Assembly (NCBI GenBank): GCA_050246315.1 | Contig: JBFWWG010000001.1 | Coordinates: forward strand, 512,001 to 576,000 | DNA length: 64,000 nucleotides | Source of the DNA: Nitrospiraceae bacterium | Lineage (GTDB): Bacteria; Nitrospirota; Nitrospiria; Nitrospirales; Nitrospiraceae | Direction of reading: 5' to 3' | Shown: one piece after another, positions 42,461 to 53,793 of the stretch | Layout: the number at the start of each line of letters is the position of its first letter | Position numbering within the stretch: the first letter of the stretch is position 1 | Position numbers and translations under genes: made by a program | Notes under the pieces: model-generated | Databases searched by the model: none | Told to the model about the DNA's origin: nothing | What the model saw: the letters and a program-made list of their open reading frames with translations, nothing else

Positions 42461-42982
42461 ATGGAGATTATGGAGGCGCGAGACTTTTACATCGAACGCG
42501 GACCGAAGGGACTCGGAGTCTATGCGGGTCGGACGATCTCGCCGGGTGAGCGGATCCTCACGTTCAGCGGTCCGCTGATCGACTTTCTGGGGACCTTGGC
42601 GCTGGGGGAACGCGAGGGAGATGCGCTGCAGATCGGCCTGGATCAGTACATCCATCTCGATCAACCGGGCCGGTTCGTGAATCACTCCTGCCGTCCGAAC
42701 GCAGGCATCGTCGAGGATCGCGTCCTGGTGGCGCTAGTACCGATCTTTCCCGGTAACGAAATTTGCTACGACTATTCCACCACGATGAAGGAAGACCATT
42801 GGATCATGGCCTGTCAGTGCGGCAGCGCCGCCTGCCGGCGCGAGATCCGTGACTTTACCACCCTGCCCTTGGATGTGCAGCAACGGTATCTTGCGCAGGG
42901 AATCGTTCAGCGATTCTTGACGCGACACCCGGCGACGGTGCCCCATGCCCTGCCTCTGTCTGTTCTGGAAGCGTCGAGCTGA
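42461..42982 (+). CDS. SET domain protein with post-SET CxCxxxxC
   Basis: GLGVYA, RFVNHSCRPN, EICYDY, CQCGSAACR. Confidence 0.92.
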   Translation: MEIMEARDFYIERGPKGLGVYAGRTISPGERILTFSGPLIDFLGTLALGEREGDALQIGLDQYIHLDQPGRFVNHSCRPNAGIVEDRVLVALVPIFPGNEICYDYSTTMKEDHWIMACQCGSAACRREIRDFTTLPLDVQQRYLAQGIVQRFLTRHPATVPHALPLSVLEASS

Positions 42983-43212
42983 TTGTCGCGCGTCCTGCAC
43001 ACCTGTTCCGCCCATCACCGGGTTCCCCTGCCTCGCGGCCTATCTTGGGAGACGTTCGTACTGACAACCGTCTCTTTCTCGCGGCTCAAGGAAACGTTGC
43101 AGCAGGTATTGGAGGCTCTGATCGTGGCGGGCGTGGAAGCGGAGCTCAACCGATCGCGGCCGGCCGAAATGCAAGGTCGTCGATAGGCCTCGGCAAGGAG
43201 ATCGAGCCGACC

Positions 43213-44727
43213 TTACCCATCGGCTTCTCGCGCCACGGCCGGCGACTCCTCGGTTATCCTGTCGTCCGCTTCCGGGGCGGCCTGCTCGAAATAGTCTTTC
43301 ACCGCCACCATCGCCCAGCAATCGTCTTCGTTGTATTGAAGAATCCGAGTCAGCGCCGCCTCGTTGGATGGATTGGCCAGGTATTCGTTGTACCAGGCGA
43401 TCGAGTTGGCGCCGGAGGGGTCCGGGTCGCGCCACTTAAAGCCGATCAGCTTGGCGATCTGCTTGATGCCGTAGGAATAGGTCGGCCAATCCGAGTATTC
43501 CACGATCAGGTCGTGATAGAGGTCGAACTCCCGTGCTTCATACGTAGCGAATGGGGCCGGGTCGAGTTGATACTTGTCCATCAAGTGTTTGAGCGTGGTC
43601 CGCTCCTTCGGCGAGTAGACGTAATAGACGTCGTCCTCGGCGCAGGCGAGGAAAGCCCAAAATGCCCGCACCGTCGTTTCTTCCTCTTCAGGCATTCTCG
43701 CCACAAAGTACTGAAACTTCGGGCGGCCCGCGCCTTCCTTGATCAGGAGTCCGAAGAGATAGGTCAATCCCTGCGTGGGGTCGTCCTCGATGTCGAAATA
43801 CACTTCGCGTCGACGTTGAGGAAACCTGTACCCGGCCCTGATCAATGGCAGCCCCGAGAGGCGAACCTGCGCCCGTGTTTTCATCCGTTGCAACGTGGCG
43901 GCGCCCATGCGAGGAATCTTCTTGGGAGGCTTCGTGTAGGCGGGCACATCCATGACGGCGATGTCTTCGATCGTACAGAGCCCGGCCGCTTTGAGCGCGA
44001 ACTTTTGCTTGCCGATGAAGAAGAGACCGGTGGGGTCAGAGGTCTGGGTCACCCATCGTTCGCAATGTTTGAACCAGGGGCACAACTGACAGTGGCTGCC
44101 CAAGACCGGCTCGGACGTCTCCCGCCCGGCGACGAGTCGGCGGGCCTGTTGGAGCGCGCTGTCGAATTCCTGCTGATAGTCCTGCGGATCGAACTCTTCG
44201 GTTTCCTCATCCACGTTGATGATGTGGGCGGTGGAAGGCAACGCCCCTTGAATCTTCTGGAGCAGCAGCCGGTAGAACAGCATCTGATAGGCATAGTGAA
44301 TCTTGAATTTTGTTTTCTTCCCGTCGCGCTCCTCCCAACCCTTGCCGGCTTTGATGTCGATGGGGTCGTAGAGGTATGGGCCGAGACGAGACGATCCGGA
44401 CTGTCTCATGAGCAGGTCCGGGCGTCCGACCAGGTCGCCGTCGATGAGGCAGCCCTGGTAAATCAGGGGCGCGCCCTCCCGCATGAGGCGTGTCGTTTCG
44501 TCACAGGCTACTTCAAGAGGCAGGGAAAGGAGATCGGCGACCGGCTGGTCGCCCAGCGCGGCAATGTAAGCGCGCTCGGTCTGCAGGCCCAGTTCCCATA
44601 GCAGCTTCACGAACGGGCTGACCTCGCTCTTCTCTTTCGGATCGCCGTTGGCGTCGAGGTACACCCGATGCGCACACTTCGTCAGGTTATAGAGGTCGTT
44701 GGCGGTGATGGTTCGAGAACGGCTCAT
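43213..44727 (-). CDS. TM0106-family RecB-like nuclease (PD-(D/E)xK + RNase H-like)
   Basis: GRPDLL, DIK, Cys cluster CQLCPW...C, YFDIE, YGIKQIAK, YNEDD. Confidence 0.88.
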   Translation of the reverse strand: MSRSRTITANDLYNLTKCAHRVYLDANGDPKEKSEVSPFVKLLWELGLQTERAYIAALGDQPVADLLSLPLEVACDETTRLMREGAPLIYQGCLIDGDLVGRPDLLMRQSGSSRLGPYLYDPIDIKAGKGWEERDGKKTKFKIHYAYQMLFYRLLLQKIQGALPSTAHIINVDEETEEFDPQDYQQEFDSALQQARRLVAGRETSEPVLGSHCQLCPWFKHCERWVTQTSDPTGLFFIGKQKFALKAAGLCTIEDIAVMDVPAYTKPPKKIPRMGAATLQRMKTRAQVRLSGLPLIRAGYRFPQRRREVYFDIEDDPTQGLTYLFGLLIKEGAGRPKFQYFVARMPEEEETTVRAFWAFLACAEDDVYYVYSPKERTTLKHLMDKYQLDPAPFATYEAREFDLYHDLIVEYSDWPTYSYGIKQIAKLIGFKWRDPDPSGANSIAWYNEYLANPSNEAALTRILQYNEDDCWAMVAVKDYFEQAAPEADDRITEESPAVAREADG

Positions 44728-44886
44728 GGGTGGCCGAGATAGACGGTACCATAGCGCGAGGGACGGCTCCAGTAGGTCAACTGGAGGCGCGCGGGGAGGG
44801 CGCGCGCGATTCCGTGAAGGCGGATGGATCAGTCAGCGCGATCCACGGAGGCCAAGTCCTGGAGACTCGGCCTCCGTGGTAGGAAT

Positions 44887-47800
44887 TTAGGGAGTTGCCG
44901 GCGGTGTTCCGACTGTGAATCCGCCCCAGAGTCCGCCGGACCACATGTGACTCGGCCCATCTCGGTAGAGCCAATATCCCTCGTGGGCACTGGGAATCGT
45001 CACCGTCATCGCCTTGCCGACCGAGATCAATGGACTGTGTGGCGAACCGTAGTACGGCAAGATGTCCTGGAAATCGTGTCCGTAAACCAAAAACGCATGC
45101 TGTCGATTTCTACCATGCGGCTGGAGGACGCGGAATCGGACTTCTTCACCGGGAGCGGCAGTATATTCCGTCGTCGGGATCGGCTTGTACTGTGGGGTGA
45201 AGAAATTCGTCGGATAGAATGCCTCGTTCAAATTGGCATCGTCCGCCTGCTCCAACCGGACATGGAACGGCGCTGTATTGTAGTTGAACGCCTTCTCGCC
45301 AAGATCGTACGAATCGTCGCAGATGCGACATTTCTTGATCGGCCCAGTCGGTCTATCGGATTTCGATTGGTGGAGGTTCAACCCATCGCGGTACATGACG
45401 ACGTGTTCGCGGAAAGGATGCTTCATGCCAGGGTATCGAATCACCGCTGAGATGCCTCCATTCGGCACCTGATCTCCAGTTGAGGGATCGTGGTAGGTGG
45501 CGCCCGCCGGTTCGATGATCAACGTTCCGACAAGGCCATGCGGCGGTTGATTGACGATATCCCCCCAGGAGGTGAGGTTCACCGGACCGAATTCTTTCGG
45601 CTCGTGCTTGTGGCGATTTCCCTCGACCGTGACGACTCCGGCATACCAATAAAACGTGCTCGTCTCACCGGGCCCCAGCGGGCTCTCTCCGTTGTAGCCG
45701 ACAGCGGCTCCGTTATATCGGGACACGTTGTACGACACGAGTTGAGGATGCAACGTGACGAATGTTGAGGATTGGACACTGCCTGCGCCTTGTCCTCCCT
45801 CCTCCGGATCGTGATCCACGTTGAGCGGTACGATTTTCGGCATGAGCGCATCACCGGCCGCGCCAGCTAGGGCTGCAGGCAATCGATTCGTCAACACGAT
45901 CTTGATGCAGTCGCCCGCGTTGGCCCGGAGCACCAATGGATCAATCGGATCTTTGACGGTCTGATTATTCAACCGTGCCCTATAGTGGTCTTGTCGTTCC
46001 TTCCTGAGCGCCGACAGGCTCGTGTCATCATGGGGCTTCTGTCCGACAGGAAGCCGATCCAAGAGAATGAAGGCGAGGGGATCAGGATCAAAGACATCGG
46101 CCTTTCGGTCATAGGGTAACGTGGAACCCAACCAGTCGCGGATACTGACTGCATCGATATAGAAGGTGACCTCGGTCGTCTTCCCCTCCGCAGCCAATTG
46201 CTTGAAGTTTGGAGGAATCGGACAGGTGCCATCGTACAGGTCCTGCTCCGGCACAAGATCAAGTTTCCCAGACGGATTCTGACCGAGCGGCTTCAACCGA
46301 GCGCCGATCGGTTTGTATGCAGGATCGCCCTTCTTCAAATCGTGCGGCGTCTTGCCGACCAATGCCGTTGTTGTCAGCCCATGAGGATCGACCGCCTGAC
46401 GCCCGTTATAGGCACGAATGAATCCCCACGTCCCATTCCATAGATCATCAACCGGTCCAAAATCATAGAGGTAATCCACGAACTGAAGGCCGCGCGCCAC
46501 GTTGCCGAACCCGAGCTTCATCTCGAAGTGCTCCGAGATCCCGATTTCCTGCGCCGCGACCAGCGGTGACTGTTCGTTGGCGATCTCACGAGGCCACCGC
46601 ATACCATGAATGTTCAGCATATGCTGCACCTCTTGGGCGCCTTGGATTACGCGCAACTGCGCCAACTCGCCCTCATAGCCTTCGAATATTTCCGATGCCG
46701 GATCACCGTGCACTCGCGAATCGAACAGAAAGGCCATGTCGCCGCACAGCCCCGCCTGTTCGGGACGACAATTGCCCGGATTCTTTTGCTGCTTGATGCT
46801 ACCATCCGAGTCGCGCAGTCCGATGCGAAGCGGAATCGGCTCGTGCCGATAGTTCACCAGATACGGGTTGTGATGGTCCTTCGAAATCGCCTCCGGCAGT
46901 GACGGTGGATCGACCGGCCGTCCATGCTCTTTCCAGTAGCCTTCAGCGTGTTGCGTGAGTTCCTTCACCGTCGGTTCATCGATCTTCGCTACACGCGCCT
47001 TCTCAATCAGGTGCTGCATGCCGTGGAGCGCTACGCGCGCCGGATCATCGCCCCGCTGTCTGTGAGGATCGTACAACAGGGCAAAATCCGCGATCGCCAG
47101 AGCGAACTCGCGATGATCCGGATGCAGCTTCCGATGTTGGGCGTTCACAATCATGGCCTGGGTGCCGACGCCATCCGTTAGCTCATCGCCGTTCGGCTTG
47201 AGCCATCTCGAGCCGGAGGGTTCGATCAACAGGGCGCTGTAGAAGCCATGATGCTGGATCGATGAGGGACCGAAATGGTCGTGTGTGAATACGGTGCGAA
47301 TGGTCCGATCGCGACAAGCCTTCGGAGCCTGTGACGGCTGGCCTCGCACGCCGCCACTTGCCTCACAGGTCTTCAGATCCTCCATCAACGGATCGGCAAA
47401 CCAACGCTGGATCGTGGTTTGATACTCGTTCGGCCCCGGAGTCGCCAGCGTGATCGGTTGCCCTTGCGGATCAACGGCCTGTCCAGCGGGCTGATGAGAT
47501 GCTTCAATTCGTTCACGAATCGCACCCTGAGCGAACGTCCCGTCCTCATAGTTCCACCCGTTCCCTGATCCGTCCGATGACATCACATCGAACTTCACGA
47601 GATGGATGTGCTGGCCGATGGTGTCGGTCGGCGTCTTGACCTGAAAATCATCCAACTCCAGCTCATGGGAGCTGCGATTGGTGTGGCGATAGCGAATACA
47701 TTCGCCGGAATTCGCACGGAAGAAGAACGGCTTGGCCTGGTCGGTCTTCGCCCGGGCCCTTCCCTGTTGATCGACGTATTTGCCGACATCCTGATCTAAG

Positions 47801-50109
47801 ACGTTAATCCGCCCTTGCGGGTCATGCCAGCCGTCGTGATTCACGACCATATCGACGTCGATGGCGGACACGTCGTAGTCGCGATAGACAAGATTGCCAT
47901 TCCGATCGATTTGTCCGGCCAGATTGGCGACATTGATATCGCAGGGATCGGCGAACGGCGCACCAGGTTGCGGCGGGCGTCCATTCACTTCGAATACCGC
48001 TGGTGTGCCATCCGGCTTGACGGTGGGATGGCCGGACGCCTTGGCATGAAACGCCATCGCCGCCTGTTCTACCGCCGTTCCACTCGGAGGAAGCAGTTCG
48101 ATTTGGGCCGACTCCAACTTCACCGTCATGTCGCCGGTCGACAAGGCTCGATTCAAGACGTCGTGCCCGCGTTGAGATGCCGGCATAGCTTGAATCTGAG
48201 CGTGAGTCAGATGAGAGACGGATCTGGTCCCTCCTGTGACTACATGCCTCGGCAACCCGCCGTCATGCACCATATCCATCGGCGGCTGTGGGGCACGGTG
48301 TCCGGCCTTTCCCGGTATGAAAAAGGGATACCCCGGGTTTTGATTAGGTCCATAGTTAGGCGCAGGCGGCATCGCCTGATCTGGTAACGGGATCACCGCC
48401 GGCACAGGTGTGCCCTTGTCGGGATTCGTGGTTCCGGTCATAGGATCGGTGCCTGGCCCGAGTTCGCCGTCCGGCAAGCGACGTGACCCGTCCTCAAACA
48501 CGTCATGGACTCGCCACAACTCCCACATACCCTGGGCGAAGTGGGGATAGAGGTGACAATGAAAAATCGAATCGCCCGGTGTTTTATTTCGGTTGCCGCT
48601 TCCACCGTAGAAAATCGGATAGACAAAGCCTTGCTGCGGGGCGATGGTCTGTGAATCAAGATAGGTTCCGGTGCCGGTCTCCTGCTGAGCCAGCCATTGG
48701 TGGGCATGCAAGTGAAAGACGTGGGTTTCCTTCGGTCCGGCATGAAGATTCCGGAATTCTACGCGATCATTGAGATAGGAATGATGGACGTTTGACGGAT
48801 CGTCGGCAAATTCTGGCAGCAGCGCCGGATCGCCGTTGGCCCACGATTCGAGGAAGAATTCTTCATACGCGCATTCCACGCAGTTCTTGGCCGGGCCGAT
48901 TCCCTTTCGATTCGCCAGGAGGATCGTCCCCATCCCGCTGGCGCCGTAGTTGATCCCGAAGCCGTCCCGTACGCCGGCCAAGGTAAAGGATTGTTCCAGC
49001 TCCGTAAACTCGTCACGGTAGAAGGTCTTCAGCTCATCGTGAAACACCGCCGTGAACTCTCTGAATGCGGGAGATTCGGGCAGCTTATGGTCCACGACGA
49101 TCGCATTCAGATCGCCATGAACGAGGTCGAAGTCCTGCGGGCCGCGCTGCCGGAGCATATTCAGGATGGGAGTTCCATCGGCTTCCACAGCCGCATAGTT
49201 CAGCGACGCCGATCCTTGACGCTGATCCCTCACACGCGCGTACTCGGCATGGGTGGTTTGGCTCCGATACCACTCGCTGCCGTACGGTTCGACATGCAAC
49301 GCTCCGAAGAGCCCATGTACGAGGCTGCCGCCATCCCCTTCTCCTCCCGCTGGTGCGGAATTACTGAAAAACAGGTGTGTTGAAGGCTTAGCCGACGGAG
49401 AGATGTGCCACTGATAGGTGATCGACTGACCTGGGGCAATGCCGGCAATACCAGTGGTCCTCGGGTCAAACGTATTTCCAGCAGACGTGAGACCGGAGAC
49501 GGTGATCGAGGCACAACGGGTGCGCGGCCAGTCATTGCGCCGGTCGGCGGGGTTCGGTGGACGTCCGGTCGCCAGTTCGGAGCCGCATCCCTTCCCCGCA
49601 GCCTCACCGGTAATGATCGATCCTGGTTCTTCTTCCTCTTCGGGTTCTCCCGGCAGCGGTTCTAATTCTCTCTCGTTCAGGTTTGTGTATGGTGGCGGCC
49701 AGTGCTTGGAACTCAGATCAGGCTGTTCGGGTGACAACATGTTGGTGAAACGAACCACGAGATGATCGCCGGGAGCCACCCGCAAAACGAGCGGTCGTGG
49801 ACGTTTCCCATCTCTGAGACGTACCTCGCCCGGTTTTGACTGGTCGTTCATCGGGCTGCCATCGGAGTTCACCACGTCGCGCTTCAAGGCATAGATCATT
49901 CCGTACGGGTTCATCGAGCCGAAGCGGTTGTAGATGATCGGGCTGTCCAGCGCCACGACCTCGGCATGGATGGTGCGCTCGGCCGACGGCATCGGGTGCA
50001 ACGAGGTGCAGGCGGTGGCCGCCAACCCAATCGCCACCATCACAAACCGGCAGGTGTGCCGGAACGGGCGGGGTGAACGGAATGCGGGTGTGAACATCAC
50101 AGTAGCCAT
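44887..50109 (-). CDS. Giant MnxG-like multicopper oxidase
   Basis: 1740 aa; HVFHLHAHQW, FHCHLYPHFAQGMW, QHIHLVKFD, THDHFGPSSIQHHG, NIHGMRW, GISEHFE; export or lipoprotein-like signal. Confidence 0.88.
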   Translation of the reverse strand: MATVMFTPAFRSPRPFRHTCRFVMVAIGLAATACTSLHPMPSAERTIHAEVVALDSPIIYNRFGSMNPYGMIYALKRDVVNSDGSPMNDQSKPGEVRLRDGKRPRPLVLRVAPGDHLVVRFTNMLSPEQPDLSSKHWPPPYTNLNERELEPLPGEPEEEEEPGSIITGEAAGKGCGSELATGRPPNPADRRNDWPRTRCASITVSGLTSAGNTFDPRTTGIAGIAPGQSITYQWHISPSAKPSTHLFFSNSAPAGGEGDGGSLVHGLFGALHVEPYGSEWYRSQTTHAEYARVRDQRQGSASLNYAAVEADGTPILNMLRQRGPQDFDLVHGDLNAIVVDHKLPESPAFREFTAVFHDELKTFYRDEFTELEQSFTLAGVRDGFGINYGASGMGTILLANRKGIGPAKNCVECAYEEFFLESWANGDPALLPEFADDPSNVHHSYLNDRVEFRNLHAGPKETHVFHLHAHQWLAQQETGTGTYLDSQTIAPQQGFVYPIFYGGSGNRNKTPGDSIFHCHLYPHFAQGMWELWRVHDVFEDGSRRLPDGELGPGTDPMTGTTNPDKGTPVPAVIPLPDQAMPPAPNYGPNQNPGYPFFIPGKAGHRAPQPPMDMVHDGGLPRHVVTGGTRSVSHLTHAQIQAMPASQRGHDVLNRALSTGDMTVKLESAQIELLPPSGTAVEQAAMAFHAKASGHPTVKPDGTPAVFEVNGRPPQPGAPFADPCDINVANLAGQIDRNGNLVYRDYDVSAIDVDMVVNHDGWHDPQGRINVLDQDVGKYVDQQGRARAKTDQAKPFFFRANSGECIRYRHTNRSSHELELDDFQVKTPTDTIGQHIHLVKFDVMSSDGSGNGWNYEDGTFAQGAIRERIEASHQPAGQAVDPQGQPITLATPGPNEYQTTIQRWFADPLMEDLKTCEASGGVRGQPSQAPKACRDRTIRTVFTHDHFGPSSIQHHGFYSALLIEPSGSRWLKPNGDELTDGVGTQAMIVNAQHRKLHPDHREFALAIADFALLYDPHRQRGDDPARVALHGMQHLIEKARVAKIDEPTVKELTQHAEGYWKEHGRPVDPPSLPEAISKDHHNPYLVNYRHEPIPLRIGLRDSDGSIKQQKNPGNCRPEQAGLCGDMAFLFDSRVHGDPASEIFEGYEGELAQLRVIQGAQEVQHMLNIHGMRWPREIANEQSPLVAAQEIGISEHFEMKLGFGNVARGLQFVDYLYDFGPVDDLWNGTWGFIRAYNGRQAVDPHGLTTTALVGKTPHDLKKGDPAYKPIGARLKPLGQNPSGKLDLVPEQDLYDGTCPIPPNFKQLAAEGKTTEVTFYIDAVSIRDWLGSTLPYDRKADVFDPDPLAFILLDRLPVGQKPHDDTSLSALRKERQDHYRARLNNQTVKDPIDPLVLRANAGDCIKIVLTNRLPAALAGAAGDALMPKIVPLNVDHDPEEGGQGAGSVQSSTFVTLHPQLVSYNVSRYNGAAVGYNGESPLGPGETSTFYWYAGVVTVEGNRHKHEPKEFGPVNLTSWGDIVNQPPHGLVGTLIIEPAGATYHDPSTGDQVPNGGISAVIRYPGMKHPFREHVVMYRDGLNLHQSKSDRPTGPIKKCRICDDSYDLGEKAFNYNTAPFHVRLEQADDANLNEAFYPTNFFTPQYKPIPTTEYTAAPGEEVRFRVLQPHGRNRQHAFLVYGHDFQDILPYYGSPHSPLISVGKAMTVTIPSAHEGYWLYRDGPSHMWSGGLWGGFTVGTPPATP

Positions 50110-50149
50110 ACGAGACCTCCTGAAGTTGAGACTGGCAGACGTTGCCGAC

Positions 50150-50788
50150 TCACTCTATCGTGATGCAATCGAGCAAGAGCGCCGATGGGCGCGCGTCGGC
50201 GCCAGGTCGAGGCAGTGGAATCGATGTCGAGATGCCGTTCGAGGCAATCCATCGGAGGGTGCCGGAGAACGGCGTCTGTGGACGCCAGGAGAATGCCTGC
50301 CAGTCGGTGTACCAACGGTTCTGTCGTTCCAATTCGAGGGATTGAGCCAGAATAGCTTGGTAGGTCGATGGCTGATCGACCTTGTCGTCCGCATAGGCGG
50401 CGAAGACCGCAAAGTCGTTTGCGGGGGACCAATCGAAACGGAGAAAGGCCCAATGGAACCAAAGGGCTTGGCCGGGAGTGATGAGGACCGATCGACATTC
50501 CAGAATGGCTCCATCTTTTCCAAGGGTCGTGCGGCCGTCCGCGTCGGGCGTGATCCTCCAGGCGCCGGTGTCAGCCGGTGGGTAGCCGGCTGCTTCAGCG
50601 GTGCGCGCCCCATCTCCGTCGATTCCGCGAGGGTCGTCGAGGACGGCGAAATAGCTCCCGCTGACCGGCGAGAACGTGTGGATCTCATGGAAAGCCGTAA
50701 AGCATTTTGCGACCTGACATATTCCATAGGTTCGATACCCCTGGAAATCACCCTTTTCGAAATGCTCGTTCTGTTGCGGTAACGGCAT
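50150..50788 (-). CDS. Hypothetical protein co-oriented with the MCO
   Basis: RBS AGGAGG; aromatic-rich, beta-like sequence (NEHFEKGDF..., WFHWAF); 40-bp gap to the MCO. Confidence 0.7.
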   Translation of the reverse strand: MPLPQQNEHFEKGDFQGYRTYGICQVAKCFTAFHEIHTFSPVSGSYFAVLDDPRGIDGDGARTAEAAGYPPADTGAWRITPDADGRTTLGKDGAILECRSVLITPGQALWFHWAFLRFDWSPANDFAVFAAYADDKVDQPSTYQAILAQSLELERQNRWYTDWQAFSWRPQTPFSGTLRWIASNGISTSIPLPRPGADARPSALLLDCITIE

Positions 50789-50855
50789 CGACAACCTCCT
50801 TCCTCGACGAGCCACTGATGCACGTAACACTCACAGATGCGTCGGACGCGAAGAG

Positions 50856-50871
50856 TGCAACTCAAATGCCA
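50856..50871 (-). promoter_or_regulatory. sigma54 promoter
   Basis: Minus strand TGGCAT-TTGAG-TTGCA matches the -24/-12 consensus. Confidence 0.7.
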
Positions 50872-51006
50872 GTCGGAAATGTGGAACATGAGAGAACATC
50901 GGCATCGGTACAAGAAGTGGCCTCATCATCACTAAAATCAGGGCTGGCGTGACCGATGGTTCTGGCCCGCTTGTGATCGGCCTGTACCAGAGGAGTGATA
51001 CCGCGC

Positions 51007-51024
51007 TGTATCGGATTCGATACA
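51007..51024. promoter_or_regulatory. Palindromic operator/UAS TGTATC-N6-GATACA
   Basis: About 140 bp upstream of the sigma54 site; extra half-site TGTATC at 51028. Confidence 0.6.
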
Positions 51025-51108
51025 GGGTGTATCTGATCAGGATGGGAACGGGAAGCGTGTTCGATTACGGGAGGTGAGAGCGACCCCGTGCGCGCGATCG
51101 ACAGGCGG

Positions 51109-51720
51109 CTACAAGTCGCGCTGCGCGGTCCGCTGGCGTTCGTGGTAAATCTCTAGGACTCTATCCACATACTGTTGAGTGGCCGTAATGGGAGGGATGC
51201 TGTCGTATCGGCCGACCCTCGTTTCGCCGGCATGGTAGGCGGCCAAGGCAAGGTCGAGGTTATCTCCGAATCGCACCAACAGATAGCGCAATTGCAAGGC
51301 GCCGCCTCGAATATTCTGGCTGGGATTCATCGGATTGGCGACCTGCCACGACAGCGCGGTTTCCGGCATGAGCTGCATGAGGCCGAGGGCTCCTTTCTCC
51401 GAGACCGCAAGGGGATTGAAGCTCGATTCGACTTGGATCACGGCGGCCAACAGAGCCGGATCGAGGCCGTACCACCGGGCATAGTGCTCGATGAGCGATT
51501 CAAATCGTGCACGATGGTTGGAGAATCCGGGATCCGAAGGCGGTCCCCAGATGGTGAGATGGGCCTGGTCGGTGATCGGCAGCACGATCAGGAGTGTCGT
51601 CAGGCTGAGCACCATGACGATGAGTCCACGCACCAGAGCATTCCTACGACGGCGGGGAATCCGGCGGCGGACTCGCGAGTTGGATAGTTCGATGCCGTAT
51701 TGCCTGAGGTCGAACGCCAT
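51109..51720 (-). CDS. Lytic transglycosylase (Slt domain)
   Basis: IQVES, GALGLMQLMP, LAAYHAG. Confidence 0.92.
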   Translation of the reverse strand: MAFDLRQYGIELSNSRVRRRIPRRRRNALVRGLIVMVLSLTTLLIVLPITDQAHLTIWGPPSDPGFSNHRARFESLIEHYARWYGLDPALLAAVIQVESSFNPLAVSEKGALGLMQLMPETALSWQVANPMNPSQNIRGGALQLRYLLVRFGDNLDLALAAYHAGETRVGRYDSIPPITATQQYVDRVLEIYHERQRTAQRDL

Positions 51721-52032
51721 TGGGAGTTCTCGCGAGACGAAGAAAGAGGGGGGACGAAATTCACCCCAGATACCCCATTACCCTACTGCGAGTCGAGGAG
51801 ACTTTCAAGTCATCGCTCGACTACCGATAGACCTTTCGAGTGGCGGTGTGTCGATAGCCCTATGATGGGCGGACGTCATCACGTGGGGCCGTCGCTTTGC
51901 AATGCGAGAGAGGGGTCATAGGCCGTCATGGTTTGAAAACGACACACAAGGTTGAACGGACTGATCTGGCAGGGACACTTTCAATGACTGGACTTCCCGG
52001 GGGAGTTGAGTCGGGCCTTGCCGATCTCCGCA

Positions 52033-53760
52033 TCAGAACCCCCGTCCGCCACCTCCGCCGAAGCCGCCGCCGGATGACCCGCCGCCGCTGAAGCCGGACC
52101 CGCCCGAGCTCCGCGGCGCCGACTGCATGGCGGCGCCGGCCCGTGCGGCCATCTGATCGAGACGGTTCACGAATCCGCGCGGATGAAATCCGGCCGCGTC
52201 GCCGCCTGTGTACCAGGCTGGCGGCTGCGTGACCATTGTCTCGAACGCCCGAACCCAGGTCTGCTCAACGCCCAACGCCATCGCGTAGGGCAGTAATTTC
52301 TCGAACAGCTCCGGTGTCTTGATCACGCGCGCGAACCGATCGGCCTCGACACGGGTCAGAAACTCTTCGAACCCGAGCACTTTCTCGAAGGTGCGGGTTC
52401 CGTGGATCGTCCTGGCCGGCATGATCCAACTAAATCCAAGCACGATGAGGCCGGAGAGAAGCGAAGCCAGGATGAAGGGCAGTTCCTGCATGCCGAGGTG
52501 CTGCGCAAGGACCGCTCCTCCCGCCGCACCCGCCAGCATGACGAAGAGGCCGGCAGTCCAATAGACCTGTTTCACCTTGTCGGGGCGTGAGCGATAGCAG
52601 CGGCGGTCCTGAAGCGCTTGAAACACGGCGTCATGAATGCCGGGGAGCGATCGATAGAATCGGTTTTCGAGATCGTCCAGACGCATCGATGGCGTGGCGC
52701 TGTCTGTGAACACGGCGCTCATGAGCCGCGCTTCGTGCGGCTTGAGCCCTGTTTCTTCTGATGCCGGGCGCACTCGGTGAAAGACGTACCCTCTATTGGT
52801 CCATAGCCCGAATAGCTGCGCCTCGTGCTGCTCCTCGATCCGCAGGAACCCGCGGACCGCGAGATCGACGAGCGTCGCGGTGATGTCGCGCATGTCGGTA
52901 GCATGATCGACCAACGTGCCGACCTCAGCCGGCGTCATGCCATCCGGCGGCCCGTAGGCCACGGCGATGGGCCGCAAGGTGGGATCGCGTCCGTGCCGGC
53001 GCCAGAGAGAGTACAAGATGGCCAAGACGAGAAGGGGCAGGCCGAGCGGCCAGTTACTCCAGAAGAATAGCCTGGTATTGTCGAGCGCATTCGGTTCCTT
53101 GACGAACCCCTTGTCCCATCCGACCACCGCCGTGAGGCCCTCGCGAAAGTCGAGCGGCCGGGGCGCACTGATCATAACGATGGGACCGCCGATCTCAACC
53201 TCCGCCTCCTGGTCGCGTCCTCCGTAGGCGCCGGTGAATGCAAGCGCTTTGACGCCGGTCACCGGCGCCGGCAGGATGATCCGGGCCGAAGCTCGGTCGA
53301 TCGGTATGTCCCATTCATCGCCGGTGACGTTCCAGTACAACTCATCGTGATCCGCGAAGAATCTGAGCCCGTTGCGGACCCGGTATTTCAAGACGACCGT
53401 CTTGGTTGCATCCGTGGCGCCTGGTACCCACACGCGGAGATTGCGGTAGGACCGCTGCCGGCTGCTCTCCAGCTTGAGCGGATTCCCTCGCTCGTCGGTG
53501 GCCGAAACCTCGTCGAGGATCAGCCGGTAGTTGAACCCTTGTGGCGTGCGGTAGTCGACCGGGATCTGCCGTTCGAGGCCGTTCCAGGCTCCTTCGAATC
53601 GGGGCCGGAGAGTCTCGGTCACGAGCAGATCGCCGGAGGTCAGAACCTGGAGCTCGACGTCGAAGCCGGCGAGCACGAGAGACCGTGCAAGCGCCGGGAA
53701 CGTCGCCGAGAAGCAGGCTAGGAAGAGGATCGCAATAGATAGGAATCGGGAGGCGCACAT
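52033..53760 (-). CDS. DUF2207 membrane protein
   Basis: [24 protein letters not shown], Gly/Ser tail [12 protein letters not shown]. Confidence 0.9.
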   Translation of the reverse strand: MCASRFLSIAILFLACFSATFPALARSLVLAGFDVELQVLTSGDLLVTETLRPRFEGAWNGLERQIPVDYRTPQGFNYRLILDEVSATDERGNPLKLESSRQRSYRNLRVWVPGATDATKTVVLKYRVRNGLRFFADHDELYWNVTGDEWDIPIDRASARIILPAPVTGVKALAFTGAYGGRDQEAEVEIGGPIVMISAPRPLDFREGLTAVVGWDKGFVKEPNALDNTRLFFWSNWPLGLPLLVLAILYSLWRRHGRDPTLRPIAVAYGPPDGMTPAEVGTLVDHATDMRDITATLVDLAVRGFLRIEEQHEAQLFGLWTNRGYVFHRVRPASEETGLKPHEARLMSAVFTDSATPSMRLDDLENRFYRSLPGIHDAVFQALQDRRCYRSRPDKVKQVYWTAGLFVMLAGAAGGAVLAQHLGMQELPFILASLLSGLIVLGFSWIMPARTIHGTRTFEKVLGFEEFLTRVEADRFARVIKTPELFEKLLPYAMALGVEQTWVRAFETMVTQPPAWYTGGDAAGFHPRGFVNRLDQMAARAGAAMQSAPRSSGGSGFSGGGSSGGGFGGGGGRGF

Positions 53761-53793
53761 GGCCGATCAGTGGGGGAAAGGAGTCGTGTCAGG

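Noticed and set aside
43045..44601. 518-aa plus-strand ORF
   Set aside because: Antisense shadow of the TM0106 gene, typical of GC-rich DNA; the same applies to 19792-21282 and 6923-8248.
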